Below are positions 44,277 through 54,473 of a stretch of 64,000 nucleotides of DNA, piece by piece. Numbering within the stretch: position 1 is the first letter of the stretch; the number at the start of each line of letters is the position of its first letter. This DNA comes from Thainema sp. (GTDB taxonomy: Bacteria > Cyanobacteriota > Cyanobacteriia > Phormidesmidales > Phormidesmidaceae). The stretch is taken from positions 192,001-256,000 of the forward strand of contig JBQLZK010000002.1 in assembly GCA_052168235.1 (NCBI GenBank), read 5' to 3'. The notes under the pieces are model-generated. The model was not told the DNA's origin and did not search any database. It saw nothing but the letters and a program-made list of their open reading frames with translations. Made by a program: the position numbers and the translations under genes.

Positions 44277-46385
44277 ATGCACGTTGTTCAACTTCTCCAA
44301 CGCGCCATCTGGCCTTACATTCAGCTATTAATGTCGTTTGGCTGTCCTGGCCAACTTAGCCAACTCAGTGGTGGACTATTCAAATGGTGGAAACGCCGAC
44401 TTGCGATCGCAAGTGGATTTCTACTGGGCGTTTATCTAATTTTGGGAGCCGTTTTTCCGGCACAAAGTCAAGCTTTCATCCATTATGGGCCGTCTCAACC
44501 CGTTATCGTCGCTCAAGCTGAGGGTATGCTTCCCGTTCCCAATGCGGATGAGTCGGACGATGAGGCTGATGCAACCTCAGCAGAATCGGCTGATGCGGAG
44601 GAAGTACCGGATACAATCAACAGCCCAATCGCAGATATCAGAGAAGAAATTGGCAACTTTTTGCCGCCGACGCCTCAGGTTAGTCAGGGTGTCATTCGCT
44701 TTGATGGTCATACAGACATTATTGTGGGCGTTTCCGCTGCCTCTGAAGGGCAAAACAGACTGGCGCTTCAGCAGCGAATTCGGGAAATTCGGCAGCGTCT
44801 GTATCAAATTGCCCGCACGAATTTTGATCCAGATCAGCTAGACGTTATCGTGGCAGGCGACTCGCAAACAGGCCGGAATCCAATTGTTTATGTGAACAGC
44901 CCGGTCTTTGACGGGCCACAGTATCTAATGACGGTGACCAGTGCCGATGCCAAAGTGCTGGGTGTGGATGATCCTTGGCAGCGGGCTGATGATATTCGAG
45001 CTGAAGTTGAGCGAGGGCTGATTCGCTTCAAACAAGAGCGGCAACCGGACATGGTGCTGCGCCAAAGTGCAATGGCCGGTGGATTGCTGTTGCTGCTGGC
45101 TTTTGGGAGTTGGGGCATTGTCCGGCTGCAGCGTCGAGTGATGCGAGAACGAGCGCGGCTGAAATCGGAGAGTAAGACCCAGTCATCTCCGACTGGCCCA
45201 CCCGATGTTGAAGTCGATGGCAATGGTGATGTTGCGATCGCAACTCCGAACCCATCAATAACTGGCAGCAGTAGCACCACAACTCCAGGTGAACCCCATC
45301 GGCTTACCACGGCCCTGCGGCAGCAGATGGCAACTCAGCAGCGGCGCACCGTGTTGGATATTCTGCGCCCCATTCTGCAGGTGATTCAGGTTGTACTTTG
45401 GGGGGCTGGACTCTATTTCGTTTTGGGCTTAATTCCCTACACGCGCTGGATTCAGCCGATTTTGGTTACGATTATGCCACTGCCGCTCCAGTTGCTGGCG
45501 CTGTTTTGGGGAACCAATGTGCTGATTCGTCTGAGTGCGGCCTTAGTGGATCGGTCACTTTTGGCGCTGCAAGACCGGATGGTGCTGTCCCCTGAAGCGA
45601 GTCAGCGGATGGCGCTGCGGTTTTCGACCTTTTCCCAGGTAATGCGCAGCGTAATTGCATTTTTCCTATGGGCGATCGCAACATTGATTGGCTTGTCGAT
45701 TGTCGGCATCCAGGTTGCGCCCCTGATTGCGGGTGCTGGACTTTTAGGTTTGGGAATTTCCTTTGCCTCTCAGAACTTAATTAAAGATGTGATCAACGGC
45801 TTCTTCATTCTGGTGGAAGACCAGTATGGGGTTGGCGACGTCGTGGTGATTGGCGATGTGGCTGGATTTGTCGAAAATATGAATCTGCGGATTACACAGC
45901 TACGGAATGAAGAGGGACGGCTGATTACCATTCCTAACAATACGATCACGGTGGTGCAAAACCTGTCGAAGGAATGGTCGCGAGTTGACTTGATGATTGA
46001 CGTGGCCCATTCTGCTGACATCGACCAAGCACTGCTGCTGATTAAAGAAACGGCTTATGACATGACTGAAGATCGGCAGTGGCGATCGCTGATTCTCGAA
46101 CCACCATCATTACTTGGCGTTGATCGGTTGGACTATCGCGGTGCAACGGTGCGGATTTGGATTAAAACCCAACCGCTGAAGCAGTGGGAAGTCGCCCGTG
46201 AATATCGCCGCCGCTTGAAAATTGCCTTTGACCAAGCCGGAATTGAAATCGCTGCACCACAGCAGTGGATTACATTCCAAAATATGCTGAATACTCACTC
46301 GCCTCGCTCAGATGATCAATCCCACACCAACGGCCATCATCAGTTGCCATCTGATGCCCAATCCGGTAGTCAAGTTCCAGACTAG
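44277..46385 (+). CDS. MscS-family mechanosensitive channel with large N-terminal domain
   Basis: AGAGLLGLGISFASQNLIKDVING, EDQYGVGD, GFVENMNLRITQLR..G.LITIPN; SD AGGAGG. Confidence 0.9.
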   Translation: MHVVQLLQRAIWPYIQLLMSFGCPGQLSQLSGGLFKWWKRRLAIASGFLLGVYLILGAVFPAQSQAFIHYGPSQPVIVAQAEGMLPVPNADESDDEADATSAESADAEEVPDTINSPIADIREEIGNFLPPTPQVSQGVIRFDGHTDIIVGVSAASEGQNRLALQQRIREIRQRLYQIARTNFDPDQLDVIVAGDSQTGRNPIVYVNSPVFDGPQYLMTVTSADAKVLGVDDPWQRADDIRAEVERGLIRFKQERQPDMVLRQSAMAGGLLLLLAFGSWGIVRLQRRVMRERARLKSESKTQSSPTGPPDVEVDGNGDVAIATPNPSITGSSSTTTPGEPHRLTTALRQQMATQQRRTVLDILRPILQVIQVVLWGAGLYFVLGLIPYTRWIQPILVTIMPLPLQLLALFWGTNVLIRLSAALVDRSLLALQDRMVLSPEASQRMALRFSTFSQVMRSVIAFFLWAIATLIGLSIVGIQVAPLIAGAGLLGLGISFASQNLIKDVINGFFILVEDQYGVGDVVVIGDVAGFVENMNLRITQLRNEEGRLITIPNNTITVVQNLSKEWSRVDLMIDVAHSADIDQALLLIKETAYDMTEDRQWRSLILEPPSLLGVDRLDYRGATVRIWIKTQPLKQWEVAREYRRRLKIAFDQAGIEIAAPQQWITFQNMLNTHSPRSDDQSHTNGHHQLPSDAQSGSQVPD

Positions 46386-46548
46386 TCGTCTGTCAAAGTA
46401 GAGATGAGGGTTGAATAACGCTAAATCGCTAAATACTGATGCCGAGGATGCTTGAATTTGCCCGATCCGTCAATCAATGCGCTCAATCATTCCGGTAGAC
46501 GTTAGAGTAGACAGTAGAGAAATACGCAAATCCTCAAAAAGTGGAACC

Positions 46549-47328
46549 GTGGAACAAGAAGTTATCACCCTGCTATCCAGTCGTGAAATTGAAAAGATGC
46601 GGCAGGCCGGACGCTTGGCGGCTGAATTGCTCGATTATCTGGAACCTATGGTTAAACCTGGGGTCAGCACTCTTGAGCTAAATGATGCGGCTGAAGCCTG
46701 GACACAGGAACATGGTGCGATTAGCGCTCCACTTGGCTACCACGGTTTCCCGAAGTCAATTTGCACTAGCATTAACGAAGTGGTCTGCCACGGTATTCCC
46801 AGCGCCAAGGAAATCCTGCAAGATGGCGACATCATTAATATTGACGTGACGCCGATTGTCGATGGCTACCACGGGGATACGTCAAAGACCTTTTTCGTGG
46901 GCGAGCCGTCACCCGTGGCGAAAAAGCTAGTGCAGGTGACAGAGGAATGTTTGCGACGTGCAATTTCGGTGGTCAAACCGGGCGCTCGCGTCGGTGACAT
47001 TGGTGCTGCCATTCAGCAGTATGCCGAAGCACAGGGATTTTCGGTCGTGCGTGATTTTGTCGGTCATGGGGTGAATCGCACGTTCCACACTGCACCGCAG
47101 ATTCCCCACTATGGTAAGAAAGGCACGGGGCGTAAGCTTCGCAAGGGCATGGTATTTACCATTGAGCCGATGATTAACGAAGGCACCTACGAAGTTGAAG
47201 TCTTAGATGATGGCTGGACGGCTAAGACAAAAGACCGTAAGCTGTCGGCTCAGTTTGAACATACGATCGCAGTTACCAACGACGGAGTTGAGATTTTAAC
47301 CTTGGCTCCCGCTAGCGTTGTTGCCTAA
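46549..47328 (+). CDS. map: Methionine aminopeptidase type I
   Basis: NEVVCHGIP, DVT..DGYHGDTS, GHG...FHTAP, FTIEPMIN, SAQFEHT. Confidence 0.95.
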   Translation: MEQEVITLLSSREIEKMRQAGRLAAELLDYLEPMVKPGVSTLELNDAAEAWTQEHGAISAPLGYHGFPKSICTSINEVVCHGIPSAKEILQDGDIINIDVTPIVDGYHGDTSKTFFVGEPSPVAKKLVQVTEECLRRAISVVKPGARVGDIGAAIQQYAEAQGFSVVRDFVGHGVNRTFHTAPQIPHYGKKGTGRKLRKGMVFTIEPMINEGTYEVEVLDDGWTAKTKDRKLSAQFEHTIAVTNDGVEILTLAPASVVA

Positions 47329-47387
47329 CTGAATGCAACCTGAAAACAGAAAAGTTCCACTGTTATGCGGTGGAACTTTTCTGGCTT

Positions 47388-48524
47388 TTAAAGCTTTTGC
47401 ACAATGAGCTGATGGGACTGATGCAGGATTTGGTACTGACCGTGAAAGCTTTGCAGGAAGGCATCAATTCCCAGCTTGGGGTTTAGGTGGTTTGCATCTG
47501 AAAAGACAAAATCATAGTCATCAAATACCAAAAGGCCGCCGGATTTCAGTAAGCGCCAGCTCAGAACGGCATCTTCCAAAACCTGATGGGTTTGATGCTC
47601 GCCGTCAACATAAATTAGGTTGTAGGACTCCCACGGTAGCTCGCGCAGGGCGTGCTCGGATTTGGCCTTGAGTTTGGTTACGGTAGCGGGTGAAGCTGAG
47701 CGGGCAATATTTTGATCAAAGCGCTGTTCGACCGTGGTCAGGATATCGGCGGGAAACGTTTGATGTTCGGTGCTGCCTAGGAATGGATCAATGCAGGTAA
47801 TACTGTCTTCCGGTTGAGTCAGCATATTGTCTAGAAACCAGCAGGTAGCGCGGCCTTCCCAAGCTCCGATTTCGAGGAAAGCCCAGGCTGACGTGCGGGG
47901 TAACTGCTGGATGAGCGGCTGTAGGTGGGCAATATTGGGGCTAAACCAGTCGGAGGTGAAGTGATAGCCCCGCTGGGCAACTTTGAGCTGATACTGAGCT
48001 TGTAAATGGTCGGGCTGATGCTGCAATACCTGCTGATACTGTTCAATTGCTGGATTGAACTGAGCCTGAAAGGCATACATTAGCCCGAGACGGTAGTGGC
48101 ACACGATTGGGTATTCCAGAGAAAGAGACGCGATCTCACCCGTTTCATCCTTATCTTTATCTTTATTCTCATCCTTATCTTTATCTTTATTCTTATCCTC
48201 CCCTTTCGCTTGTACCAGCCGAATGGCTGCTTGCAAATCCTCTGCCGCTTGAGCGTAGCGCCACTGGCGCGCTAGGGCCACGCTGCGGTTGTAATAGGCT
48301 TCTGAATAGTGAGGGCGGAGGCGAATCGCTTCAGCATAATCGTGTAGTGCAGCGTCTAGTTGCCCCAATTGAAAATAGAGAATGCCGCGATTACAGTAGG
48401 CTTCTGCCAAATTGGGATTGAGCTGAATCGCCTGGGTATAGGCGGTTAAGGCTGACGTGCGATCGCAAATTTGGGCATATTGATTGGCTAGGTTGTAATA
48501 GGCAATGGCGTTTGTGGCATCCAT
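47388..48524 (-). CDS. TPR repeat protein fused to a class I SAM methyltransferase (Methyltransf_24-like)
   Basis: N-terminal TPRs; LEIGAWEGR, IYVDGEH, LKSGGLLVFDDY. Confidence 0.82.
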   Translation of the reverse strand: MDATNAIAYYNLANQYAQICDRTSALTAYTQAIQLNPNLAEAYCNRGILYFQLGQLDAALHDYAEAIRLRPHYSEAYYNRSVALARQWRYAQAAEDLQAAIRLVQAKGEDKNKDKDKDENKDKDKDETGEIASLSLEYPIVCHYRLGLMYAFQAQFNPAIEQYQQVLQHQPDHLQAQYQLKVAQRGYHFTSDWFSPNIAHLQPLIQQLPRTSAWAFLEIGAWEGRATCWFLDNMLTQPEDSITCIDPFLGSTEHQTFPADILTTVEQRFDQNIARSASPATVTKLKAKSEHALRELPWESYNLIYVDGEHQTHQVLEDAVLSWRLLKSGGLLVFDDYDFVFSDANHLNPKLGIDAFLQSFHGQYQILHQSHQLIVQKL

Positions 48525-48632
48525 TTTAGATTGATTTTGGATTTTGGGTTTTAGATTTTAGGTTTTAGATTTTAGGTTTTAGATTTTGGATTTTAGGTTT
48601 TACGTAGGGGCGAATGGTCATTCGCCCTTACG
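48525..48632. repeat. Heptamer STRR array (TTTTRGA/G) followed by a GTAG REP palindrome
   Basis: About 10 units of TTTTAGA/TTTTGGA/TTTTAGG, then CGTAGGGGCGAATG-GT-CATTCGCCCTTACG. Confidence 0.85.
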
Positions 48633-48729
48633 CGATAGGTCAGGCTGCGTCAGGATTGTCGTTGAATCGGTGAAATGATCCTGCTTTTGGGGTGTATTGG
48701 GTACTGTTGGCTGATCGACTGGGTTTTGT

Positions 48730-49989
48730 TTAACTGACGCTGGGGACGACTTCGGGATTAGTGATTGGGAGATGGAGTCCCTGGACTTCGGCAGCATCGC
48801 AAACGGCGGCATCGCGAATTTGTTCACGCAGATCGGGCATGACAGCTAACGCTCTTGTCCAGTCGGGAATCTGAGCCCCGTAGGGATTGGAGAAATAGCG
48901 TTCTCCGGCGTCAACAATCACCTTTTCAAACAGTTCAATCGTTACCTCTTCTTGGTGACGGTCGTAGCGCAGGTGGTTGAAGGATGCGTCTACAAAGTAT
49001 TGCCGGGTAAAGTCTTGCGCCTCGCGGCGATACTTGACCCGCAGGGTGTGAATGTGATCCATTGACACCACCACCTGCTCGGTTTCCGTCAGGGTGCGTA
49101 GAATTGACTGGAAAATGTCGCGGCACATTTTCTGCAAGCCATCATCAGTGCTCTGGCCGAGGGACTGGTGCTTATGCTCAAAGAAGCCTAAATCGACTTG
49201 AGCAATCCGCTTCTGCGCCACGCCGCGATAGACTTCCGCCAAGAGGCCAATTTCGAGGCCCCAGTTGCCGGGAATACGGATATTCAGCGCCAAATCGCTG
49301 GTCATGGCAAACTCGCCCGACAGCGGATAGCGGAACGCACTCAGGTAGCGCAGATAGTTCCGATAGCCAAAGCTATCAATTAAAGCATCGAGGAGCGGAA
49401 TGACAAACAGCCGCACCACCCGACCATGCATACTGCGGGGTTGATCGTCACTAATGCGGGCGTAGTATGCCTTGTTGAAGGCAATACCAAATTCCTGCTC
49501 CAGCAGCGGAAACAGCAATTTTAAGGGATAAGAACGGTCATAGGTGACGATGTCCGCATCATGAAGTGCGATCGCATCTGCTTGTAACGACGCTACGCCT
49601 AAACCCAGCCAAACGGCGCGACCTTTGCCTTTGAATTTGAGCAGATCCAAACCGCGATCGCGCAGATTTTCCAAAATGTGAGTGATGCGCGGCCCATTCT
49701 CCCAAATTACCAGCACGGTCTGCGGCATCGAGTCGAAGAACTTGACCGCATGGGTATACTGCTCAACCGTTTGGGCATAGAGACAAATAACGACCGTATG
49801 CACAAACTGACACTGGCTTAGCTGATCCCGGATTTTTTGCAGAGCTGGACGCTCTAATTCCTCATATAGAGCCGGAATCAGTACAGCCGTTGGCGATCGC
49901 TCACTCAGCTTGGTGACTTGAGCCTCAAGCAAGTCCAAATCACAACCTAAATCATGAATCGTTGTAATTAATTCCTGTTTATAATCCAT
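48730..49989 (-). CDS. gpgS: Glucosyl-3-phosphoglycerate synthase
   Basis: MDYKQELITTIHD, GKGRAVW, HDAD (DxD), KAYYAR, GRVVRL, YPLSGEF, HKHQ. Confidence 0.85.
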   Translation of the reverse strand: MDYKQELITTIHDLGCDLDLLEAQVTKLSERSPTAVLIPALYEELERPALQKIRDQLSQCQFVHTVVICLYAQTVEQYTHAVKFFDSMPQTVLVIWENGPRITHILENLRDRGLDLLKFKGKGRAVWLGLGVASLQADAIALHDADIVTYDRSYPLKLLFPLLEQEFGIAFNKAYYARISDDQPRSMHGRVVRLFVIPLLDALIDSFGYRNYLRYLSAFRYPLSGEFAMTSDLALNIRIPGNWGLEIGLLAEVYRGVAQKRIAQVDLGFFEHKHQSLGQSTDDGLQKMCRDIFQSILRTLTETEQVVVSMDHIHTLRVKYRREAQDFTRQYFVDASFNHLRYDRHQEEVTIELFEKVIVDAGERYFSNPYGAQIPDWTRALAVMPDLREQIRDAAVCDAAEVQGLHLPITNPEVVPSVS

Positions 49990-50384
49990 CCACTCGCTCC
50001 GGTGCAGAACTGATAATGAATCCGCGTGTGAGAACGCGATTTTCGGCAAACTGCGATCGCTAGCCTTGCGTCAAAAGCCATATTGGGATTTTATTGCTCG
50101 ATCTCGCATGTCGTTGCCGAAAATCAACCATAAACCTACTTTTTAAGAAAATATAAAACCTTTGAAATTGAAAGCTCAAATGATACAGAAGCATAAAACT
50201 GCATCAGATTTAGCGCCATCCTCTTAGAAAAACTGATAGAACAGCCAACAATAAGGGGTTGCTAGGATCGAGTGAATGGCTACAAGCCTTACGTTGCAGA
50301 CTCAGCAGCTTATTTTCTGTATTTGTTTATCATTTGTTCACCATTTGTTGAACACCCTGTTAAAAGCTCCCAATTTGAGGTCTT

Positions 50385-52181
50385 ATGACAAAGTCTATCC
50401 AGCCACAAACTGAAACCGTCGAACGCTATAGCGCTTTTGCGATGAAGGTTCGCCCCTTTCTTGAACGGCTTTATGATGCCGCGATTGTCGATGATGTCAC
50501 CCATCGCCTGTATGTCCTATTTCAAGAACATGTTTCTGTTGCTGTTGAAGAAGACTTAAATAAATGGAGCAACAACAACATTTTGCTGATTACTTACGGT
50601 GACAGCATTACCCACCCTGGTGAACAACCGCTAAAGACACTGGGTACCTTTCTCAAGGAACATCTAGATGATGTTATTACAGGCGTTCATATCCTGCCGT
50701 TCTTCCCGTACAGTTCGGACGATGGATTTGCGGTGATTGACTATCTTCAGGTCAACCCAGAATTAGGCGATTGGTCAGACATCAAACAGATTTCGGAAGA
50801 TTTCAACCTGATGTTTGATCTGGTCATTAACCATGTTTCGAGTCAACACGCCTGGTTTCAGCAGTTTAAACGGGGTGAAAAACCAGGCTGTGATTATTTC
50901 ATCACCATTGATCCAACTGATCCAACGATTGATGTGTCGCAGGTGGTTCGCCCCCGCAGTTCACAACTGTTGGCTAAAGTCGATACGGTTAACGGTGAGA
51001 GGCATGTCTGGGCGACATTTAGCCCCGATCAGGTTGATGTCAATTTTGCTAATCCTGATGTCTTGGTTGAATTCTTCAAAATTATTCTGTTCTACGTCCA
51101 GGCGGGCGCACGCTACATTCGCCTGGACGCAGTGGGCTTTTTGTGGAAAAAACTGGGCACGCCCTGCATTCACCTGGTGGAAACCCACATGGCCATTCGG
51201 CTAATGCGGGAACTGCTGCAAATGATCGATCCGGGCATTGCGATCATTACCGAAACCAACGTGCCGAACCGAGAAAATCTCAGCTACTTCGGCAACCGCA
51301 ACGAAGCCCACATGATCTACAACTTCAGCCTGCCGCCGCTGGTGCTGAATGCGCTGATGCAGGGGCGCTCGGATCACCTGAAAACCTGGATGATGAGTAT
51401 GCCGCCTGCTCCAGTCGGCTGTGCCTATTTCAACTTCACGGCTTCTCATGATGGCATTGGGCTACGACCGACGGAAGGACTGCTCGACGAGAAGGAATAT
51501 GTTGAACTGCTGGCCACGATGAGAAAATTTGGTGGTCGGATCAGCATGCGGAGCAAACCGGACGGTAGCGAAAGCCCTTACGAAATCAATATTGCCCTAT
51601 TCGATGCCATGAAGGGCACGGTGAAGGGAGAAGACGAATGGCAAATTCAACGTTTTCTCTGTTCCCAAACGATCATGATGTCGGTCGAGGGGATTCCAGC
51701 CTTCTACATTCATAGCCTCTTAGCCACACCCAATTATGCAGAAGGGGTTGAACAAACAGGCATTAATCGCACGATTAATCGCTACAAGTGGAACTATGAA
51801 GACCTGGAGCAAAAGCTGAGCGACCCGACGACACCGCAGGCGATCGTGCTGAAGGAACTGAGCCGATTAATTAAAATTCGGCGTCAGCAAGGAGCCTTCC
51901 ATCCCAATGCGACGCAGTATACGCTGCATCCGGGTAATCCAGCGCTCTTTGCCTTTTGGCGGCAGAGCATGTCTCGCGATCAGAGCATTTTCTCGGTGCA
52001 TAACCTGTCGGATCAGGTGCAAGAACTTCGGCTGTCTGACCTGAATTTGGTTTGCATTGACCCGTGGTGCGATTTGATTAGCGGCGAGTGTTTTGATGAT
52101 ATTTATGCTGTGATTCACCTACAGCCCTATCAGTCGATGTGGATTACCAACAAGTTTGAACTATCCAGTGATTTGACCTAA
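50385..52181 (+). CDS. GH13_18 sugar phosphorylase, probably glucosylglycerate phosphorylase
   Basis: LITYGD, SSDDGF, RLDAV nucleophile, ITETN acid/base, SHDGIG, YEIN loop; divergent from gpgS. Confidence 0.8.
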   Translation: MTKSIQPQTETVERYSAFAMKVRPFLERLYDAAIVDDVTHRLYVLFQEHVSVAVEEDLNKWSNNNILLITYGDSITHPGEQPLKTLGTFLKEHLDDVITGVHILPFFPYSSDDGFAVIDYLQVNPELGDWSDIKQISEDFNLMFDLVINHVSSQHAWFQQFKRGEKPGCDYFITIDPTDPTIDVSQVVRPRSSQLLAKVDTVNGERHVWATFSPDQVDVNFANPDVLVEFFKIILFYVQAGARYIRLDAVGFLWKKLGTPCIHLVETHMAIRLMRELLQMIDPGIAIITETNVPNRENLSYFGNRNEAHMIYNFSLPPLVLNALMQGRSDHLKTWMMSMPPAPVGCAYFNFTASHDGIGLRPTEGLLDEKEYVELLATMRKFGGRISMRSKPDGSESPYEINIALFDAMKGTVKGEDEWQIQRFLCSQTIMMSVEGIPAFYIHSLLATPNYAEGVEQTGINRTINRYKWNYEDLEQKLSDPTTPQAIVLKELSRLIKIRRQQGAFHPNATQYTLHPGNPALFAFWRQSMSRDQSIFSVHNLSDQVQELRLSDLNLVCIDPWCDLISGECFDDIYAVIHLQPYQSMWITNKFELSSDLT

Positions 52182-52196
52182 TTCAAAACTTGGACT

Positions 52197-52292
52197 GGTG
52201 GGCGATGCCCATCCTACAGATTACTACCAGTTACTACCAGTAAAAAGAGGAGGATTTGTCGCTGCATGACAGCGACAAATCCTCCTCTTTTT
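52197..52292. terminator. REP-like palindrome plus 23-bp-stem hairpin/terminator
   Basis: GGTGGGCGATGCCCATCCTAC; AAAAAGAGGAGGATTTGTCGCTG-catga-CAGCGACAAATCCTCCTCTTTTT. Confidence 0.7.
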
Positions 52293-52432
52293 GATTTATC
52301 AGTCAAAAAATCTGATTCTGCTAATTGGACTTCGTAGACAGTATCAATAGTTGACATATATCCCACGACCGGATGATCGTTTGGGGGACAGGTTATACTA
52401 CGTCACAGCATGATCACTTAGCAGGAGAGTGT

Positions 52433-54010
52433 ATGCGAGCACTGCTAGTTTATCCACAGTTTCCAAAGACCTTCTGGTCTTATGAGAAGATTCTCGAATT
52501 GGTAAATCGTAAGGTGCTTCTACCTCCCCTGGGTTTGATTACGGTGGCGGCGATTCTGCCCCAAACCTGGGAGTTCAAGCTGGTTGACCGCAATATTCGC
52601 GCCGTTACAGAGGACGAATGGCAGTGGGCCGATATTGTGATTATGTCCGGCATGATTGTCCAGAAAGCGGACATGATCGACCAAATTGCGATCGCAAAAC
52701 GCTACGGTAAGCGCGTGGCGGTTGGTGGCCCTTACCCCACCTCCATGCCCCAAGACATGGAAGCGGCTGGGGTTGATTATTTAATTTTGGACGAGGGTGA
52801 GATTACCCTGCCCATGTTCGTAGATGCGATCGCGCGCGGCGAAACCAGCGGACGCTTCACCTCTGGCGGCGAAAAACCAGATGTCACTAGCACCCCCATT
52901 CCCCGCTATGACCTGCTGGAGATGAGCGCGTATGATTCGATGTCCGTCCAGTTTTCGCGCGGCTGTCCCTTCCAGTGCGAATTCTGCGACATTATTGTCC
53001 TCTATGGACGCAAGCCGCGCACCAAAACTCCCGAACAGCTTCTGGCTGAACTGAACTATCTCTACGAACTCGGCTGGCGCGGCGGCGTGTTCATGGTGGA
53101 CGACAACTTTATTGGCAACAAGCGCAACGTCAAGCAGCTTTTAGCCCAATTGAAAGATTGGCAGGCTGAGCGTCAGTATCCCTTCCGATTTGATACCGAA
53201 GCCTCGCTGGATCTGGCCGAAGATGACGAGATGATTGATCTGATGCTGGAGTGTAACTTTGCTGCCGTGTTTATGGGCATTGAAACGCCTGACACCGACA
53301 GCCTCCAGTTGACCAAGAAATTTCAAAATATGCGATCGCCCCTGCTGGAGTCCATCGACAAGGTGACACATGCTGGTTTACGAGTGATTGCCGGATTCAT
53401 TATCGGCTTTGATGGCGAAAAGCCTGGTGCCGGACAGCGGATTGTCGAATTTGCCGAGATTACGGGCATTCCCACAACTACCTTTGCCATGCTGCAAGCC
53501 CTGCCGAATACAGCGCTGTGGTATCGGCTGGAGCTAGAAGGTCGGCTGCGCGCTCAAGATGGCAACATCAATCAGACTACGCTGATGAACTTTGTGCCAA
53601 CTCGTCCGGTGGAAGACATTGCTCGCGAGTACGTCAGCGCCTTCCGCCAGCTTTATGAACCAACTCAGTATCTCAACCGGGTCTATCGCTATTTCCTGAA
53701 GCTGGGTGCGCCTAGAGTTCGTCCCGCGTTTAGCTGGCCTGAATGGGTTGTTGTGCGAGCATTAACTCTCGTTTGCTGGCGACAGGGCGTTGTTCGTTCC
53801 ACCCGCTGGCTATTTTGGCACCACCTTTTCCACATTTTGATTAAGAACCCCGGTGTAGCTGAGCAGTACATCACCGTCTGCGCTCACAACGAGCATTTCC
53901 TGGAATACCGCGACATTGTGCAGCAGCAAATTGAAAGCCAACTGGCTGAGTTTGCGGCCCAAGGCGGCGATCAGCAGCCAGCGGAGCGGGATGAGTTGGT
54001 ATCTGCTTAG
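52433..54010 (+). CDS. B12-binding radical SAM protein with DUF4070 (HpnP/BchE-like superfamily)
   Basis: LPPLGLITVAA, GGPYPT, SRGCPFQCEFC, VDDNFIGN; SD AGGAG before ATG 52433. Confidence 0.85.
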   Translation: MRALLVYPQFPKTFWSYEKILELVNRKVLLPPLGLITVAAILPQTWEFKLVDRNIRAVTEDEWQWADIVIMSGMIVQKADMIDQIAIAKRYGKRVAVGGPYPTSMPQDMEAAGVDYLILDEGEITLPMFVDAIARGETSGRFTSGGEKPDVTSTPIPRYDLLEMSAYDSMSVQFSRGCPFQCEFCDIIVLYGRKPRTKTPEQLLAELNYLYELGWRGGVFMVDDNFIGNKRNVKQLLAQLKDWQAERQYPFRFDTEASLDLAEDDEMIDLMLECNFAAVFMGIETPDTDSLQLTKKFQNMRSPLLESIDKVTHAGLRVIAGFIIGFDGEKPGAGQRIVEFAEITGIPTTTFAMLQALPNTALWYRLELEGRLRAQDGNINQTTLMNFVPTRPVEDIAREYVSAFRQLYEPTQYLNRVYRYFLKLGAPRVRPAFSWPEWVVVRALTLVCWRQGVVRSTRWLFWHHLFHILIKNPGVAEQYITVCAHNEHFLEYRDIVQQQIESQLAEFAAQGGDQQPAERDELVSA

Positions 54011-54037
54011 AGGTTTGGCTGTTCGTAGTTTGGGGTC

Positions 54038-54336
54038 TATTGCGAAAACCCCGTTTGTGGGGGCGGCTTGCCCCCACGTCCCCGCTGGGAGGCGGTTGCG
54101 TCCCCCAGACCCCCTCCAAAAAAGCTAACGTGTTGAGTGCCAACAGATGCCTGTTGGGGGTAATAGGTTTGGCGGAACGCCAAACCAAAGATAGTCTTCA
54201 CAAGTAACGCCCGATCCACCCCGGCAAAGCGAAGCGATTTAGTCTCACTCACCGATCACTTCGTCCGGGGGGGGCCTGGGGCGTCGGAACGCACCAGTGG
54301 GTGGTTCTGAGGGGGCTAGTCCCCTCAGAACCACCC
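54038..54336. repeat. Composite GC-rich palindromic repeat region
   Basis: Nested hairpins GTGGGGGC..GCCCCCAC, CTGGGAGGCG..CGTCCCCCAG, CCAACAG..CTGTTGG, GGTTTGGCG..CGCCAAACC, GGGTGGTTCTGAGGGG..CCCCTCAGAACCACCC. Confidence 0.7.
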
Positions 54337-54473
54337 TTTCCAACCAACAACCCCAAAACCACCTCACCGCTCACCCTTCAAAACCATCTAACAATCTATC
54401 AAAACCATTCAGAAAATAATCCAAAACCATTACTCTGGTTACAGAGTACACAACCGCCCATGCCATCTAAACC

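Noticed and set aside
50385..52181. Sucrose phosphorylase or amylosucrase
   Set aside because: ETN/YEIN motifs and gpgS linkage favour glucosylglycerate phosphorylase
52433..54010. Naming as hpnP (hopanoid 2-methylase)
   Set aside because: Belongs to the same broad family, but paralogues cannot be separated without a phylogeny
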